Under the pieces are notes generated by a model that was not told the DNA's origin, searched no databases, and saw only the letters and a list, made by a program, of their open reading frames with translations. DNA of 64,000 nt. It comes from Ruminococcus sp. CAG:563 (GTDB taxonomy: Bacteria; Bacillota; Clostridia; Oscillospirales; Acutalibacteraceae). Shown piece by piece: positions 61,999 to 64,000 of the stretch (position 1 is its first letter; each line of letters starts with the position of its first letter). The stretch is taken from positions 26,377 to 90,376 of the forward strand of contig FR882080.1 of assembly GCA_000434915.1 (NCBI GenBank). Reading direction: 5' to 3'. The position numbers were made by a program, and so were the translations under genes.

Positions 61999-63024
61999 TT
62001 AAAGACCATATTCTGCTGCAACATCAGCAATCTTAACCGGCATACCTGTCTCAAGAGACTTCTTTGCGGCAATGCCGATAAGTACGGGCTGGAGACCGCA
62101 CTCAAGTCCGACTGTGATCGGCTTGTCGTTAACAACACAGTCAACGAACTCGGAAACCTCCTCAACATATGCTCCCATGTATCTCTCAAGGAAGAAGTTG
62201 AGCGGAACCTCACCGTGAACGCCGTTAGCGTCGGAAACAACTGCCGTTGACTCGGAGTCATTGGAAATAGCGACCTGACCGAGTGAGCCGAAAGCTTCAA
62301 CTCTCTGGTCGTAGCCGTAGCTTGCACGGCGGCAGTTATCAATAACTGCGATTGCGCCGTTAGCGAGCTTCATGGAGATAACAGCTGTGTCGATGTCGCC
62401 TGCCTCACCGATTGCCGGGTCAACAAGAACTGCGCCGTATGCAAAAACTTCCTCAACCTCAGAGCCTGACATGAAGCGAACCATATCGAAATCATGAATC
62501 GTCATGTCAAGGAAGATACCGCCCGAAACCTTGATGTAGCTTACCGGCGGTGCACCCGGGTCACGGGAGCAAACCTTAAGGATATTGAGATCGCCTATCT
62601 GACCGCCCTCAACTGCCTTTCTTGCAGCCTTGAAGTTATGGTCAAAACGGCGGTTGAAGCCTACCTGATACTTAACGTTGCTGTTTTCAAGAGCCTTTTT
62701 AACCTCAAGAATCTTGTTTACGTCATGGTCGATCGGCTTCTCGCAGAAGATGTGCTTGCCGGCGGCAATAGCTTCGAGAGAAATCGTTGAATGTGTATCC
62801 GTTGATGAGCAAATGAGAACAGCCTGAATGTCCTTGTCCTCAAGAATCTTGTGATAATCGGTGTAGAACTCGTTTACGCCGAGACCCTTTGCCCACTCTT
62901 TTGTCTCGTCATTGAGGAACGGATCGGCAATAGCCTTAACCGTAGCTGACTTAACATATCTCATGATTGACTCGCAGTGTACCTTACCGATACGGCCTGC
63001 GCCGATAATACCAACATTAATCAT
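61999..63024 (-). CDS. iolG: Inositol 2-dehydrogenase-like Gfo/Idh/MocA oxidoreductase
   Basis: 'MINVGIIGAGRIGKVH' and 'EKP' motifs; adjacent to an iolA-type ALDH. Confidence 0.75.
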   Translation of the reverse strand: MINVGIIGAGRIGKVHCESIMRYVKSATVKAIADPFLNDETKEWAKGLGVNEFYTDYHKILEDKDIQAVLICSSTDTHSTISLEAIAAGKHIFCEKPIDHDVNKILEVKKALENSNVKYQVGFNRRFDHNFKAARKAVEGGQIGDLNILKVCSRDPGAPPVSYIKVSGGIFLDMTIHDFDMVRFMSGSEVEEVFAYGAVLVDPAIGEAGDIDTAVISMKLANGAIAVIDNCRRASYGYDQRVEAFGSLGQVAISNDSESTAVVSDANGVHGEVPLNFFLERYMGAYVEEVSEFVDCVVNDKPITVGLECGLQPVLIGIAAKKSLETGMPVKIADVAAEYGL

Positions 63025-63042
63025 AATTAAAAATCCTCCTGA

Positions 63043-64000
63043 TTATATTGTGCCGTCCCATGTGGAAACTTCTGTTTTCTTCATTTCTTCCTCGTCGAAC
63101 CAACGTGTTGTTACGCACTTGCTCTCTGTGAAGAAGCGATATGCGTCCTTGCCGAGGCAGTGGAGATCGCCGAAGAACGAATCCTTATGACCTGCGAACG
63201 GGAAGAATCCGATCGGAACAGGAATACCAACGTTTACGCCGACCATGCCGCCGTCGGTGTGACGAACAAACTCACGTGCATAGTAGCCGTTCTGAGTGAA
63301 GATAACCGAGCCGTTAGCATACGGGTTAGCGTTCATGACTGCAAGACCCTCTTCAAAGTTCTTAACTCTCTTGATGCAAAGAACAGGTCCGAATACCTCG
63401 TCACGGCCGATTGTCATGTCCTCTGTAACGTGGTCAAAAATTGTCGGACCGACGAAGAAGCCGTTTTCATAGCCCTCAACAACACAGTTTCTGCCGTCAA
63501 GTACAAGCTCTGCTCCCTCTGCAACGCCCTTGTCGATGTCTGCAAGAACTTCCTTATAGTGCTTTTCATAGGTAATTGGGCCAAGCTTTGATGTCTTGTC
63601 ATATGCAGGTCCGAGCTTAAGTCCCTTAGCCTGCTTAACAAGCTCTGCAACAAACTTATCGGCAATGCTCTCCTCAACAACGCAGCAGCTCAGAGCCATA
63701 CATCTCTGGCCCGCACAGCCGAATGCTGAGTTCATAACGCCTGCCGCCGTTCTCTCGATCGGAGTGTCTGCAAGAACAAGAGCGTGGTTCTTAGCCTGGC
63801 AAAGGCACTGAACTCTCTTTCCTGCGCTTGCAGCCTTTTCATATATAAGCTTGCCGACGGGAGTTGAACCGACAAAGGTGATGCCTCTTACGTCGGGACT
63901 TTCGAGAATCGTGTTGATCTCGTTTCTTGAGCAGGTTACAACATTGATAACGCCGTCGGGAACGCCTGCTTCCTTATAAAGCTCGGCAATTCTGAGAGCT
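63043..64000 (-). CDS. iolA: Aldehyde dehydrogenase (methylmalonate-semialdehyde dehydrogenase IolA/MmsA-like), 5'-truncated by the window edge
   Basis: Catalytic 'GQRCMA' Cys motif; the reading frame stays open to the end of the window. Confidence 0.7.
   Translation of the reverse strand, partial: ALRIAELYKEAGVPDGVINVVTCSRNEINTILESPDVRGITFVGSTPVGKLIYEKAASAGKRVQCLCQAKNHALVLADTPIERTAAGVMNSAFGCAGQRCMALSCCVVEESIADKFVAELVKQAKGLKLGPAYDKTSKLGPITYEKHYKEVLADIDKGVAEGAELVLDGRNCVVEGYENGFFVGPTIFDHVTEDMTIGRDEVFGPVLCIKRVKNFEEGLAVMNANPYANGSVIFTQNGYYAREFVRHTDGGMVGVNVGIPVPIGFFPFAGHKDSFFGDLHCLGKDAYRFFTESKCVTTRWFDEEEMKKTEVSTWDGTI

Overview
This window reads as a chromosomal segment of a spore-forming Firmicute (Clostridia-like, about 50% GC, SpoIID/CwlD/RicT/DacB-type genes). 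It is mostly housekeeping and accessory metabolism. The conserved darA-holB-ricT block runs straight into copA-copZ. Other recognisable genes include an FAD flavoprotein/FTR-like/thioredoxin operon, L-serine dehydratase, two tandem GH2 glycosidases (one LacZ-type), nadE, a GPH symporter/metallophosphoesterase/Gfo-Idh-MocA operon, TspO, a TetR-MMPL-lipoprotein unit, cwlD, cdr-rhodanese, pgi, dacB, mtaB, Rrf2-cysK, rsmI/yabB, MarR-TauE, a ferredoxin/SpoIID/J-domain cluster, an ECF sigma/anti-sigma/LRR surface-protein operon, and iolG-iolA at the 3' edge. I found no rRNA, tRNA, CRISPR array, transposase or integrase. The most unusual signals are: (1) a Cys-codon-rich 27-codon leader ORF between a consensus sigmaA promoter and an intrinsic terminator upstream of cysK, a candidate cysteine-sensing leader-peptide attenuator. 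(2) A shared C-terminal 'I-K-W-F-x-x-L-F/I-K' tail on three otherwise unrelated secreted or surface proteins. (3) A low-GC, roughly 850-bp HTH-XRE/SLOG-like cassette bracketed by identical 34-bp hairpin repeats. (4) A tandem-duplicated roughly 85-bp intergenic element. (5) An ECF sigma/anti-sigma pair translationally coupled to a 942-aa BspA-type LRR surface protein. (6) A 1051-aa secreted protein with tandem roughly 320-aa modules. All coordinates and motifs were read by eye from the sequence and ORF track; I could run no homology searches or RNA folding.
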